From: Actinomycetales bacterium
Lineage (GTDB): Bacteria > Actinomycetota > Actinomycetes > Actinomycetales > Cellulomonadaceae
Direction: 5' to 3'
DNA length: 43,249 nt
Assembly (NCBI GenBank): GCA_012514545.1
Contig: JAAZAC010000015.1
Coordinates: 1 to 43,249, forward strand
The position numbers and the translations under genes are program-made. Of this stretch, positions 31,232 through 40,486 are shown piece by piece. How positions within the stretch are numbered: position 1 is the first letter of the stretch; every line of letters starts with the position of its first letter. The notes under the pieces were generated by a model. The model did no database searches, was not told where the DNA came from, and saw nothing but the letters and a program-made list of their open reading frames with translations.

Positions 31232-32407
31232 CTAGGCCCGCCCCTCCTCGCGGCTGCCCAGCACGACGTCGACGGTCCGCGTCTCGCCGCCGCGGACGAC
31301 GGTGAGCGTCACCTCGTCGCCCGGCGTGCGCTCGCGCACCTGGGCGGTCAGCGACTCCGCGCCGCTCACCGGCTCGTCGTCGATGGCGACGACGACGTCG
31401 TCGGTGCGCAGCCCGGCGTCGGCGGCGGGCCCGCCCGCGGTGGCCTCGACGACGACGGCGCCCAGCCGCACGGTGCCGTCCGCCGTGCGCGCGGTGCCGT
31501 CCGCCAGGCGCACCCCGAGGAACGCGTGCGCCGCCGCGCCGTCCTCGACGAGCTCCGTGGCGACCCGCAGGGCGAGGTTCGCCGGGATCGCGAAGCCGAG
31601 CCCGATGGACCCGCTGCTGCGCGACGTCGTGAGGATGGACGAGGTGATCCCGACGACCCGGCCGCTGGCGTCGAAGAGCGGGCCGCCGCTGTTGCCGGGG
31701 TTGATCGCCGCGTCCACCTGGATCGCGTTCGTCACGACGGGCTCGCCGCGGCCGGGCGACCCGGTCGACACGGGTCGGTCGACCGCGGACACGATGCCCG
31801 TGGTCGCCGTGCTGTCGAGGCCGAGCGGGTTGCCGACGGCCATGACCGGCTCGCCGACCGCGACCTCGTCGGAGTCGCCGAACGCCGCGGCGACGAGGTC
31901 GTCCGGCGGGTCGGTCAGCGCGATGACGGCGACGTCCGTCGTGGGGTCGGTGCCGACCACCTCGGCCTCGTAGACGCGCCCGTCGACGAGGGTGACCATG
32001 ATCCGACCGCCGCCGGCGACGACGTGGTCGTTCGTGATGATCCGGCCGTCCGTGTCGAGCACGACGCCGGACCCCTCGCTCCCGCCCGCGGGCCCGCGCA
32101 CCGCGATGGCGACGACGGACGGCCGCACGGCCTCGGCGACCGCCTGCCAGTCCGGCGCGGTACCGTCGGCCGTGACGGGCGGCGCGGTCTCGGGGGCCCG
32201 CTCCTCCGGGGCCGCCTGCTCCTGGGCGGGGCCCGCGTCGTCGGGGCGGTCGTCGAGCGCCGCCTGCACGGCCACCGTGCCCGCGACGGCGACGACGCCC
32301 GTCACGACGGCGGTCACCACGACCGCGCGCCAGGGCCGCCGCGGGGGCGGCGGCGGGGGCGGGGGCGGAGCCACCAGGGGAACCGTCTGCGTCAGGTCGA
32401 TGCTCAT
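31232..32407 (-). CDS. HtrA/PepD-like membrane serine protease with PDZ domain
   Basis: TM segment, ITNDHVV, TDVAVI, DAAINPGNSGGPL, C-terminal PDZ; GAGGAGG RBS. Confidence 0.93.
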   Translation of the reverse strand: MSIDLTQTVPLVAPPPPPPPPPRRPWRAVVVTAVVTGVVAVAGTVAVQAALDDRPDDAGPAQEQAAPEERAPETAPPVTADGTAPDWQAVAEAVRPSVVAIAVRGPAGGSEGSGVVLDTDGRIITNDHVVAGGGRIMVTLVDGRVYEAEVVGTDPTTDVAVIALTDPPDDLVAAAFGDSDEVAVGEPVMAVGNPLGLDSTATTGIVSAVDRPVSTGSPGRGEPVVTNAIQVDAAINPGNSGGPLFDASGRVVGITSSILTTSRSSGSIGLGFAIPANLALRVATELVEDGAAAHAFLGVRLADGTARTADGTVRLGAVVVEATAGGPAADAGLRTDDVVVAIDDEPVSGAESLTAQVRERTPGDEVTLTVVRGGETRTVDVVLGSREEGRA

Positions 32408-32443
32408 GTCGGACCTCCTCGACGCCCATGACAGGCGGCGGGC

Positions 32444-32482
32444 CTGGCCGAATCCTGTGCCCTTCCTGAGAGCCGGCTGAGA
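32444..32482 (-). promoter_or_regulatory. MprA-like (OmpR-family) direct-repeat operator upstream of the HtrA gene
   Basis: Minus strand reads TCTCAG-N5-TCTCAG-N5-GCACAG-N5-GGCCAG, an 11-bp period. Confidence 0.7.
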
Positions 32483-32485
32483 ACC

Positions 32486-34216
32486 TCAGCCGATCGCGCG
32501 CGCGGCCGCCTCCGCGAGCCGCTCGTGCAGCGCGCGACGCTCGGCGCGGTCGACGGCGACCTCGACGACCTCCACGCCCGCCACGGGCGCGGCGACCGCC
32601 TCGCCCAGCGCGCCGGCGTCGTCCACCCGGACGTGCCGCACCCCCAGGCCCGCGCAGAGCGCCCCGAGGTCCGCGCCGTGGGGCGTGGCGAAGACGCGCT
32701 CGAAGACCCGGTTCCCAGGGTCCCCGTGCTCGATGGTCGCGAAGAGCGAGCCCCCGTCGTCGTTCGCGACGACGACCCGCAGGTCCGGCCTCCGCTCCAG
32801 CGGCCCGGCGAGCAGGCCGCCGACGTCGTGCAGGAACGTGAGGTCACCGACGTACGCGCGCACGGGGCGGCCCAGCCCGAGCGCCACGCCGGCCGCCGTC
32901 GAGAGCGTGCCGTCGATCCCCGAGAGCCCGCGGTTCGCCACGACGAGCGGCGGCTCGTCCCAGGCGGCCACGAGGTCGAGGTCGCGCACGGGGCTGCTCG
33001 CCCCGACGACGAGCGCGTCGCCCGGCCCGGTCGCGGCGGCGACGGCGGCCGCGACCGTCGGGCCGGCGATCCGGCCCGCGCGGTGCTCGTCGGCGAGGAC
33101 CTCGCGCACCGCGGCCGCCGCGGCCCGGCCCGCCTCGCGCCACCGCGCCAGCCAGGCCTCGTCCACGGCGCCCGGCTCCATGAGCCACTCCGGCACCCGG
33201 CTCAGCACGTACGTCGCGCCGCGGCCGGCGTCGGGCGTCGCGGAGCCCTGGTGCACCACCGCGATGGACCGGACCTGGCGCCCCAGGAGCGCGGTCACCG
33301 CCCGGCTCAGCGTGGGCCGCCCGACGACGACGACGCGCCGCACCTCCCCCGCCAGCGCGGGCAGCACCAGCCGGTACGCCGCGACGGCGTTCGGCCCGCC
33401 GCGCGCACCCGACGACGGCTCCGCGAGCAGCGGCCAGCCCCGCGCCTCGGCGAGCGCCCGCGCGACCGGCCCGGCGCCATCGCCCGCGACGACCACCGTC
33501 GGCTCCTCCTCGGTCCAGCCGCGCAGCGGCCGCGGCGCCGGGGGCGGCGCGTCGAGCCGCACCGGCTCGACCTCGCGCGGCTGCGGCACCCGGGTGGGCA
33601 AGGGCGGCGCCGGCCACACGTCGTCGTCGGGCACGAGGGGCTCGCGGTAGGCGAGGTTGACGTGCACGGGACCCGGGTCGTGGCTCAGCTCGCCGGTCGC
33701 GGCCGCGACCGCCTCCGCGGCGATCCGGCGCAGGTGCCCCGCCTCGTCCGGGCGGCCCCCGGGGGCCGACACGTCGAACGTCATCCGCACGGCCCCGGCG
33801 AAGATGCCCGGCTGGTCGGTCGTCTGGTTCGCGCCGGTGCCGCGCACCTCGTGCGGCCGGTCGGCGGTGAGCAGGAGCAGGGGCAGTGCGGCGTGGTGCG
33901 CCTCGAGCACGGCCGGGTGGAGGTTCGCCACCGCGCTGCCCGACGTCGTGACCACCGCGACGAGGTCGGCGCGCCCCTGCGCCCGCGCGGCCCGGGCGAG
34001 CCCGACGGCGAGGAACCCCGCGCACCGCTCGTCGACCCGCACGTGCAGGTCGAGGGCCGGGGCGCCGTCCGGCCGCTCGCCGTCGGGCCCCGCGGCCGCG
34101 GCGGCGGCGTACGCGAGCGGCGCGCTGCGCGAGCCGGGGGCGAGCACGACGTGCCGCAGCCCCAGGTCCGCGAGGGCGCGCAGCAGCACGCGGGCGGCGG
34201 TGGTCGCGGTGGTCAC
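32486..34216 (-). CDS. menD: SEPHCHC synthase
   Basis: VLAPGSRSAPL, RVDER.AGF, TTSGSAVANL, TADRP, ANRGLSGIDG, GDLTFLHD; GTG 34216 overlaps the menC stop. Confidence 0.95.
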   Translation of the reverse strand: MTTATTAARVLLRALADLGLRHVVLAPGSRSAPLAYAAAAAAGPDGERPDGAPALDLHVRVDERCAGFLAVGLARAARAQGRADLVAVVTTSGSAVANLHPAVLEAHHAALPLLLLTADRPHEVRGTGANQTTDQPGIFAGAVRMTFDVSAPGGRPDEAGHLRRIAAEAVAAATGELSHDPGPVHVNLAYREPLVPDDDVWPAPPLPTRVPQPREVEPVRLDAPPPAPRPLRGWTEEEPTVVVAGDGAGPVARALAEARGWPLLAEPSSGARGGPNAVAAYRLVLPALAGEVRRVVVVGRPTLSRAVTALLGRQVRSIAVVHQGSATPDAGRGATYVLSRVPEWLMEPGAVDEAWLARWREAGRAAAAAVREVLADEHRAGRIAGPTVAAAVAAATGPGDALVVGASSPVRDLDLVAAWDEPPLVVANRGLSGIDGTLSTAAGVALGLGRPVRAYVGDLTFLHDVGGLLAGPLERRPDLRVVVANDDGGSLFATIEHGDPGNRVFERVFATPHGADLGALCAGLGVRHVRVDDAGALGEAVAAPVAGVEVVEVAVDRAERRALHERLAEAAARAIG

Positions 34217-35169
34217 GAGTCCTCCTTCGTCACGGCACGCAGGCGCGCGAGCCACCGCTCGGTGATCCCGGCGGCGGCCGCGGCGTCGGCGGCGCGGGCG
34301 AGCCGCGCCGGGTCGGGGTCGGGCCGGCGCACGGCCAGGCGGCCGCCCACCGGCAGGAGGGGTTCGGCGACGACGTCCTCGGCGAGGAGCCGCGCCGTCG
34401 CCAGCCCGCACGCGTACGGCAGCTCGGGCAGGGCGGCCGCGAGCGCGAGCCCCTGCGCGAGCCCCACGGAGGTCTCGAGAGCCGACGAGACCACCACCGG
34501 CACGCCCACCCGCTCGGCCAGCTCGAGGCAGGCCCGGACACCGCCCAGCGGCTGCACCTTCAGCACGACGACGTCGCACGCGCCCGCGCGCACGGCCGCC
34601 GTCGGGTCGGCGGCCAGCCGCACGGCCTCGTCCGCGGCGATCGGCACGTCGACGCGCCGCCGCACCGCGACGAGGTCCGCCACCTCGCGGCACGGCTGCT
34701 CGACGTACTCCAGCCCGCCCGCCGCGCGGTCGAGCGCCCGGATGCGCGCCACCGCCGTGTCCGCGTCCCACGCGGCGTTGGCGTCCACGCGGACGCGCCC
34801 GCCCGGCCCCAGCGCGTCCCGCACCGCGGCGACGCGCTCGACGTCCTCCTCGGGCGCCTGGCCGCGCTCGGCGACCTTCACCTTCGCCGTCGTGCAGCCC
34901 GACGACGCGACGATCCGGTGCGCCTCCTCGGGCCCGACGGCGGGCACCGTCACGTTCACGGGCACGGACCCCCGCCGGCGCGGCACGTCGCCCTCCGCCC
35001 ACTCGCGGGCCGCGCGCCACCAGGCCCGGGCGGCGTCGTCGTCGTAGTCCCAGAACGGCGAGAACTCGGCCCACCCCGCGGGGCCACGCACGAGCACGCC
35101 GTCGCGCCAGTCCAGACCCCGGAACCGCGTCGTCAGCGGGACGCGGTAGACGACGGTGTCGGACAGCAC
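34213..35169 (-). CDS. menC: o-succinylbenzoate synthase (short actinobacterial type)
   Basis: TRFRG, EFSPF, TAKVKV, RVDANAAW, EQP, IAADE, KVQPLGG, SSALETSVG. Confidence 0.93.
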   Translation of the reverse strand: MLSDTVVYRVPLTTRFRGLDWRDGVLVRGPAGWAEFSPFWDYDDDAARAWWRAAREWAEGDVPRRRGSVPVNVTVPAVGPEEAHRIVASSGCTTAKVKVAERGQAPEEDVERVAAVRDALGPGGRVRVDANAAWDADTAVARIRALDRAAGGLEYVEQPCREVADLVAVRRRVDVPIAADEAVRLAADPTAAVRAGACDVVVLKVQPLGGVRACLELAERVGVPVVVSSALETSVGLAQGLALAAALPELPYACGLATARLLAEDVVAEPLLPVGGRLAVRRPDPDPARLARAADAAAAAGITERWLARLRAVTKEDS

Positions 35170-35208
35170 GTCGTCACGGTAGCGCCGCGGCGCCCCGCGG
35201 ACGGCCGC

Positions 35209-35544
35209 TCAGACGGCGACCTCGGGCGCGTCCCCGAACACGTGCAGCCCGACGATCCCCGCGACGATGAGCACGAGGGAGACGATCTTGCCGACCGTCA
35301 CCGCCTCGCCGAGCCAGACCATGCCCACGATCGCGGTGACCGACGCGCCGATCCCGGTCCACACCGCGTACGCCACGCCCACGGGCAGCGAGCGCAGCGA
35401 CCACGCCAGCCCGCCCATGCTGCCGACCAGCAGCACGACGAAGAGCACCGACGGCCACAGGCGCGTGAACCCGTCCGACGCCTTGAGGCTGAGCGCCCAG
35501 CCCGCCTCGAGGATCCCCGACCCGATGAGCACGGCCCACGCCAT
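35209..35544 (-). CDS. SMR-family transporter (SugE/Gdx-like)
   Basis: 111 aa, four TM segments, conserved Glu (ILEAGWA), K.SDGFTR, LPVGVAYAVWTGIG. Confidence 0.9.
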   Translation of the reverse strand: MAWAVLIGSGILEAGWALSLKASDGFTRLWPSVLFVVLLVGSMGGLAWSLRSLPVGVAYAVWTGIGASVTAIVGMVWLGEAVTVGKIVSLVLIVAGIVGLHVFGDAPEVAV

Positions 35545-35628
35545 GGCTGCCTCCTCGTCCGGCGGCCCGGCGCCACCGTCCGTCCGACGCTAGAGGATGC
35601 GCCGCCGCGCGCGGCTACTGTGACCGCC

Positions 35629-36552
35629 ATGAGCGCGCTGCCCGGGGTGTCCGCCACGTTCGACGCCGCCCGCTGGCGGCCCGTGGACGGCTTCGACGAC
35701 CTCACCGACGTCACGTACCACCGCGGCGTGCACGACGGCGCCCCCGCCCCCGTCGTCCGCGTCGCCTTCGACCGGCCCGAGGTGCGCAACGCGTTCCGGC
35801 CGCGCACCGTCGACGAGCTGTACCGGGTGCTGGACCACGCCCGCTGCTCCCCCGACGTCGGGGTGGTGCTGCTCACGGGCAACGGCCCGAGCCCGCGCGA
35901 CGGCGGCTGGGCCTTCTCCTCCGGCGGCGACCAGCGCATCCGGGGCCGCGACGGCTACCGCTACACCGGGCCCGACGGCGAGGTCGACGCGGCGCGCGCC
36001 GGCCGGCTGCACATCCTCGAGGTGCAGCGCCTCGTCCGGACGATGCCGAAGGTCGTGGTCGCGGTCGTCGACGGCTGGGCGGCGGGCGGGGGCCACTCCC
36101 TGCACGTCGTGTGCGACCTCACGATCGCGTGCCGCGAGCACGGCCGGTTCAAGCAGACCGACGCCGACGTCGGCTCGTTCGACGCCGGGTACGGGTCCGC
36201 GCTGCTCGCCCGGCAGGTGGGCCAGAAGCGCGCCCGGGAGATCTTCTTCCTCGGGCGCGAGTACGGCGCCGAGGACGCCGAGCGGTGGGGCGCCGTCAAC
36301 GAGGTCGCCGACCACGACGCGCTCGAGGACCTCGCGTGGACCTACGCCCGGACGATCGCCGGCAAGTCCCCGCAGGCGGTGCGGATGCTGAAGTTCGCGT
36401 TCAACCTGGCCGACGACGGCCTCGCCGGTCAGCAGGTCTTCGCGGGCGAGGCCACCCGCCTCGCCTACATGACGGACGAGGCCGTCGAGGGCCGGGACGC
36501 GTTCCTCGAGAAGCGGCCGCCGGACTGGTCGGGCTTCCCGTACTACTTCTAG
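35629..36552 (+). CDS. menB: 1,4-dihydroxy-2-naphthoyl-CoA synthase
   Basis: RPEVRNAFRP, FSSGGDQ, GWAAGGGH, GSFDAGYG, C-terminal PDWSGFPYYF. Confidence 0.96.
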   Translation: MSALPGVSATFDAARWRPVDGFDDLTDVTYHRGVHDGAPAPVVRVAFDRPEVRNAFRPRTVDELYRVLDHARCSPDVGVVLLTGNGPSPRDGGWAFSSGGDQRIRGRDGYRYTGPDGEVDAARAGRLHILEVQRLVRTMPKVVVAVVDGWAAGGGHSLHVVCDLTIACREHGRFKQTDADVGSFDAGYGSALLARQVGQKRAREIFFLGREYGAEDAERWGAVNEVADHDALEDLAWTYARTIAGKSPQAVRMLKFAFNLADDGLAGQQVFAGEATRLAYMTDEAVEGRDAFLEKRPPDWSGFPYYF

Positions 36553-36571
36553 GGGTCCTCGGGGTCCCTAG
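36549..36571. terminator. Hairpin between the convergent menB and small-protein stop codons
   Basis: ctaggg...ccctag arms with additional G-U and G-C pairs; no U-tract. Confidence 0.35.
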
Positions 36572-36750
36572 CCGGTCGTCCCGATCAGCCACACGCCGAG
36601 GTTGACGAGCCGCTCGAGCGCGAGGGCGCCGGCGAGGATCACCCCGAGGAGCATCACCACGGCGGCCGCGGCGGGCACGTTCGAGCGGAGTCGCTCGCGA
36701 CGGCGCTCCTCGAGGACCGGGTCGATGGGCTGCAGCGTCTGGTGTGCCAT
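36568..36750 (-). CDS. 60-aa hypothetical membrane protein
   Basis: ATG with GGAGG RBS; charged N-terminus then hydrophobic AAAAVVMLLGVILAGALAL; fills an otherwise empty gap. Confidence 0.6.
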   Translation of the reverse strand: MAHQTLQPIDPVLEERRRERLRSNVPAAAAVVMLLGVILAGALALERLVNLGVWLIGTTG

Positions 36751-36870
36751 GCCTCGAGCCTCCGCGACGAGGCACGGTCGCCACATCGGTCCCGCGTCGC
36801 GACGTGGGCGGCGCGCGCTCCGACCCGGGGGCGAGCGCCGTCGGGCGACGTCATCCCGCGGGTGGAGACG

Positions 36871-37965
36871 TCAGGTGATCGAGATGCGACCCGTGCGCTG
36901 GGGCACGAGCTCGACCCACGTGTTGCCCGGGGCCAGGGTCACCGGCGTGCCGTCCTCGAGCGTGAGGACGAAGGGCGCGTCGTCGCTCGCCTTGCTCCAC
37001 GTCACGGCCACGTACTTCCCGCCGGAGAACACGATCCCCGCGCCGGTCCCGACGAGGTCGTAGGTCGGCACGGACGCGCCGCCCTGGGCCTTGAACCCGC
37101 TCGCGCGGTGCGGGGCGGTGATCGCCACGACGTTCGCCGCGGACAGCTGCACGCCGGACTCGGCCATCGCGGGCTGGTTGCCCTCGGCGCGGAGCCAACG
37201 GCCGGTGCCCGCGTCCCACGTCCACGTGGGGTTGGCGGCCCCGGAGAGGCGGAAGTCCACGACGGTGGCGGGCGTCCCCAGTTGCGCGGCCGTGGCCAGG
37301 TTCGGCCGCAGCGCGAACCGGAACTGTTCCGGCGGCGGCGCGGAGTGGTCGGCGTCGGCCTGCTCGACGAACGAGGCGAGCGACCCGTAGACGTTGTGCG
37401 GCGCCGACCGGCGCGACACCCGGAACAGGCCCGGGGCGCCGGCGTCGTGGCTGATCGCCTGGAGGCTCGACTTCGCGACGAGGTTGAGGATCCCGCGCTG
37501 CCCGCCGGAGAACACGATCGGGGCGCGCAGCGGCGCGGCGATCGGGATGTCCATCGGCCGCACGGAGCGGATCGGCCCGATCTCCTCGGGCATCTGCGAG
37601 TGGTAGACCGCGACGAACCGCGACACCTCGAACTCGACGATCGTCTCCCACACCATGTCGGCGGCCTCGAGCCCGCCCTGCGGCCGCGCGAACCGGGTGT
37701 TCTCGATCTTCACGGCGATGGCGGGGCGCTGGGCGACCTCGTCCGTGATCACGCCGGTGAGCGGCCACCGCGTCGGCTCGACGGGCTCGGGCGGCGTGGC
37801 CTTCTCGACCGCGACGTCCGGCGTCGCGGTGACGTCGGGGAGCGACTCGGGCGGCTCCGGGGTGCACGCGGCGAGCGCGGCGCCCGTGACGGCGACGACG
37901 GCGACGAGCGCCGTGCGGGAACGACGGGACCAGCGTCCGCGGACGCCACGAGCGGACCTGGCCAC
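36871..37965 (-). CDS. DUF3048 (YerB-like) lipoprotein
   Basis: Lipobox ALAAC; WPLTG, AVKIEN..ARPQ.GL..AD, GPIRSVR, APHNVY motifs. Confidence 0.85.
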   Translation of the reverse strand: MARSARGVRGRWSRRSRTALVAVVAVTGAALAACTPEPPESLPDVTATPDVAVEKATPPEPVEPTRWPLTGVITDEVAQRPAIAVKIENTRFARPQGGLEAADMVWETIVEFEVSRFVAVYHSQMPEEIGPIRSVRPMDIPIAAPLRAPIVFSGGQRGILNLVAKSSLQAISHDAGAPGLFRVSRRSAPHNVYGSLASFVEQADADHSAPPPEQFRFALRPNLATAAQLGTPATVVDFRLSGAANPTWTWDAGTGRWLRAEGNQPAMAESGVQLSAANVVAITAPHRASGFKAQGGASVPTYDLVGTGAGIVFSGGKYVAVTWSKASDDAPFVLTLEDGTPVTLAPGNTWVELVPQRTGRISIT

Positions 37966-38043
37966 TGCTTGCTTCCTCCTCGCCGGCTGGCCGACGGCTA
38001 CCTCCTGCGTGAACCCACTCTAGGACCCCCGTACCCTGCGGTT

Positions 38044-39183
38044 GTGCAGCGGCCGCTCCGTTCCGTCGCGGTTCACCCGCGTGTCGCGGCGGACGTGGCG
38101 GACCTCACACGGCGCGTCGCCGCGGCGCTCGACGGGACCGGGCCCGCGCTCACGCCCCTCGCGCCCGCCCCGGCGGCGACGGTCTCCGCGGAGGTCGCCC
38201 TCGTCGTCGGGACGAGCGGCTCCACCGGGGAGCCCCGCGCGGTGCTGCTCGACGCCGCCGCCCTCGTCGCGTCGGCGGAGTCCACGCACGCCCGGCTCGG
38301 CGGCCCCGGCGCCTGGCTGCTCTGCCTGCCGCTGCACCACGTGGCGGGCCTGCAGGTGGTGGTGCGGTCGGCGCTCGCGGGCACGGACCCCGTCTGGTTC
38401 CCCGGCGAGCGGTTCGACCCGGCCGCCGTGGCCGCGCAGCTGCGCGCGCTGCCTCCCGCGCGGCGCCCGCGGTACGCGTCGCTGGTGCCGACGCAGCTGC
38501 ACCGGATCCTTGCCGACCCCGGCCCCTGGACGGACCTCGAGGCGATCCTCGTCGGGGGGGCCGCCACGCCGCCGGCGCTCCTCGAGCGCGCCCGCGCCGC
38601 GGGGCTGCGGGTGGTCACCACCTACGGCGCGACCGAGACCTGCGGCGGCTGCGTGTACGACGGCAGACCCCTGCCGGGGACCCGGGTCGCCGTCGACGAC
38701 GGCGCGGTGCGCCTGGCCGGGCCGACGCTCGCGCGCGGCTACCTGGGCCGCCCGGACCTCGACGCGGCGGCCTTCGAGGTGCGCGACGGGGTGCGCTGGT
38801 ACCGCACCGGGGACCTGGGCCGGCTCGTGGAGGGCCGGCTGGAGGTCCTCGGGCGTGCGGACGACGTCCTCGTCACCGGCGGGGAGAAGGTCGCCCCGGC
38901 GGCCGTCGAGGCGGTCCTCGCGGAGCTCCCGTCGGTCGCGCAGGCGTGCGTCGTGGGGGTGCCCGACGAGGAGTGGGGCACCGCGGTCGTCGCCGTCGTC
39001 GTGCCCCGCCCGGGCGGCCCCGCCCCGGTCCTGGCCGACGCGCGGGCGGCGGTCCGCCGTACGCTGGGCCCCGCCGCGGCGCCCCGCCGGCTGGTCGTCG
39101 TCGACGCGCTGCCCGAGCTCGGCCCCGGCAAGATCGACCGGGCGGCCGTGGCGCGGCTGGCCTCCCGCGCCGAGACCCGCTGA
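38044..39183 (+). CDS. menE: o-succinylbenzoate--CoA ligase (short form)
   Basis: TSGSTGEPR, LPLHHVAG, SLVPTQL, TYGATET, TGDLG, GRADD...GGEKV, GKID; start approximate. Confidence 0.9.
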   Translation: MQRPLRSVAVHPRVAADVADLTRRVAAALDGTGPALTPLAPAPAATVSAEVALVVGTSGSTGEPRAVLLDAAALVASAESTHARLGGPGAWLLCLPLHHVAGLQVVVRSALAGTDPVWFPGERFDPAAVAAQLRALPPARRPRYASLVPTQLHRILADPGPWTDLEAILVGGAATPPALLERARAAGLRVVTTYGATETCGGCVYDGRPLPGTRVAVDDGAVRLAGPTLARGYLGRPDLDAAAFEVRDGVRWYRTGDLGRLVEGRLEVLGRADDVLVTGGEKVAPAAVEAVLAELPSVAQACVVGVPDEEWGTAVVAVVVPRPGGPAPVLADARAAVRRTLGPAAAPRRLVVVDALPELGPGKIDRAAVARLASRAETR

Positions 39184-39203
39184 CACACCACCGAGGGGGA
39201 CCC

Positions 39204-40073
39204 ATGGCGACCGCTGCCGAGTGGCTCGAGGGCGCGCGCCTGCGCACGCTGCCCGCCGCCGTCGCCCCGGTGCTCGTGGGCACGGGCGCGGCGGCGCAGG
39301 TCGACGCGGCCGACGTCGGGCGCGCGCTCCTGGCGGGCGGCGTGGCCCTCGCGCTGCAGGTGGGCGTGAACTTCGCGAACGACTACTCGGACGGGATCCG
39401 CGGGACGGACGTGGACCGCGTCGGCCCGCTGCGCCTCACCGCGTCGGCCGCGGCCCGGCCGGGGCAGGTGCGCGCGGCCGCGTTCGCCGCGTTCGGGGTG
39501 GCGGCGGCGCTCGGCGTGGCGCTCGTCGCCCTGAGCGGCCACTGGTGGCTGCTCGCCGTCGGCGCGGCCGCGATCGCCGCGGCCTGGTACTACACCGGCG
39601 GCCGCCACCCGTACGGCTACCTGGGCCTGGGCGAGGTCGGCGTCTTCCTGTTCTTCGGCCTGGTGGCGGTGCTGGGCACCACGTACACGCAGGCGGACAC
39701 GGTGACGTGGCCCGCGGTCGCGGGGGCGGTCGGCGTCGGGCTGCTCGCGTGCGCCCTGCTCACGGTCAACAACATCCGCGACATCCCCGGCGACGCCCTC
39801 GCGGGCAAGCGCACGCTCGCGGTCCGGTTCGGCGACCGGCGGGCGCGGCGGACGTACGCCTGGCTCGTCGCGCTGGCGATCGTCGCGGGCGCGGTGTGCG
39901 CGGTGGCGGCGCCGGGGGCGCTGCTGGTGCTCCTGGCCCTGCCGGGGGCGGTGATCCTCGCGGTGGCGGTGCTGCTGGGGGCCCGCGGCGTGGCGCTGCG
40001 CCCGGTGCTGGCGGGCACGGGCGCCCTCGAGCTGGCCTACGGCGTGCTGCTGGGGTTGGGCCTCGCGATCTGA
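39204..40073 (+). CDS. menA: 1,4-dihydroxy-2-naphthoate polyprenyltransferase
   Basis: ARLRTLPAA, NFANDYSDGIRGTD, YGYLGLGE, NNIRDI..D...GKRTLAVR. Confidence 0.95.
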   Translation: MATAAEWLEGARLRTLPAAVAPVLVGTGAAAQVDAADVGRALLAGGVALALQVGVNFANDYSDGIRGTDVDRVGPLRLTASAAARPGQVRAAAFAAFGVAAALGVALVALSGHWWLLAVGAAAIAAAWYYTGGRHPYGYLGLGEVGVFLFFGLVAVLGTTYTQADTVTWPAVAGAVGVGLLACALLTVNNIRDIPGDALAGKRTLAVRFGDRRARRTYAWLVALAIVAGAVCAVAAPGALLVLLALPGAVILAVAVLLGARGVALRPVLAGTGALELAYGVLLGLGLAI

Positions 40074-40360
40074 TCGTCGCCGGGATCCTCGCGGAGCCGC
40101 TCGACGACGGCGTCCTCGTGCGCGGCGTCGTCCTCGACGCCCCGGGGGAACCGGCTGCGCCGCTCGGGCGCCGTCCGCCGCTCGGCGAGCCACCGGGCGG
40201 CCGCGTCGCGCTGACGCCCGAGGACCACGTACGACAGCGCGAAGGACACGACCGTCGCGACGACGACGAGCAGCCAGCCGCCCATGCCCGCGAGCCACAG
40301 GCCCACGAGCGCGAGCGCGAAGAGCCCGAGCCGGAGCAGCGAGTACGTCACGACGGGCAT
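40037..40360 (-). CDS. DUF4229-like small membrane protein
   Basis: YSLLRLGLF, two TM segments, LSYVVL..QR, acidic tail EDDAAHEDA; position next to menA fits the family. Confidence 0.75.
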   Translation of the reverse strand: MPVVTYSLLRLGLFALALVGLWLAGMGGWLLVVVATVVSFALSYVVLGRQRDAAARWLAERRTAPERRSRFPRGVEDDAAHEDAVVERLREDPGDDQIARPNPSSTP

Positions 40361-40486
40361 GCGGCCCAGCCTAGGTGCGGGCGCCCCGACCGGTGCGCGC
40401 TCCGGTGCGCCCGCGGACACCCTGCGGCGCGCACCCGGGCGCGGTCCCGACCCGCCGACGTCGCCCGTCCGGCTTACCCTGGTGGA

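Noticed and set aside
35553-35562. CCGGACGAGG upstream of the SMR gene resembling the start of a guanidine-III riboswitch
   Set aside because: It runs directly into the RBS and ATG, and the downstream pseudoknot elements are not visible.
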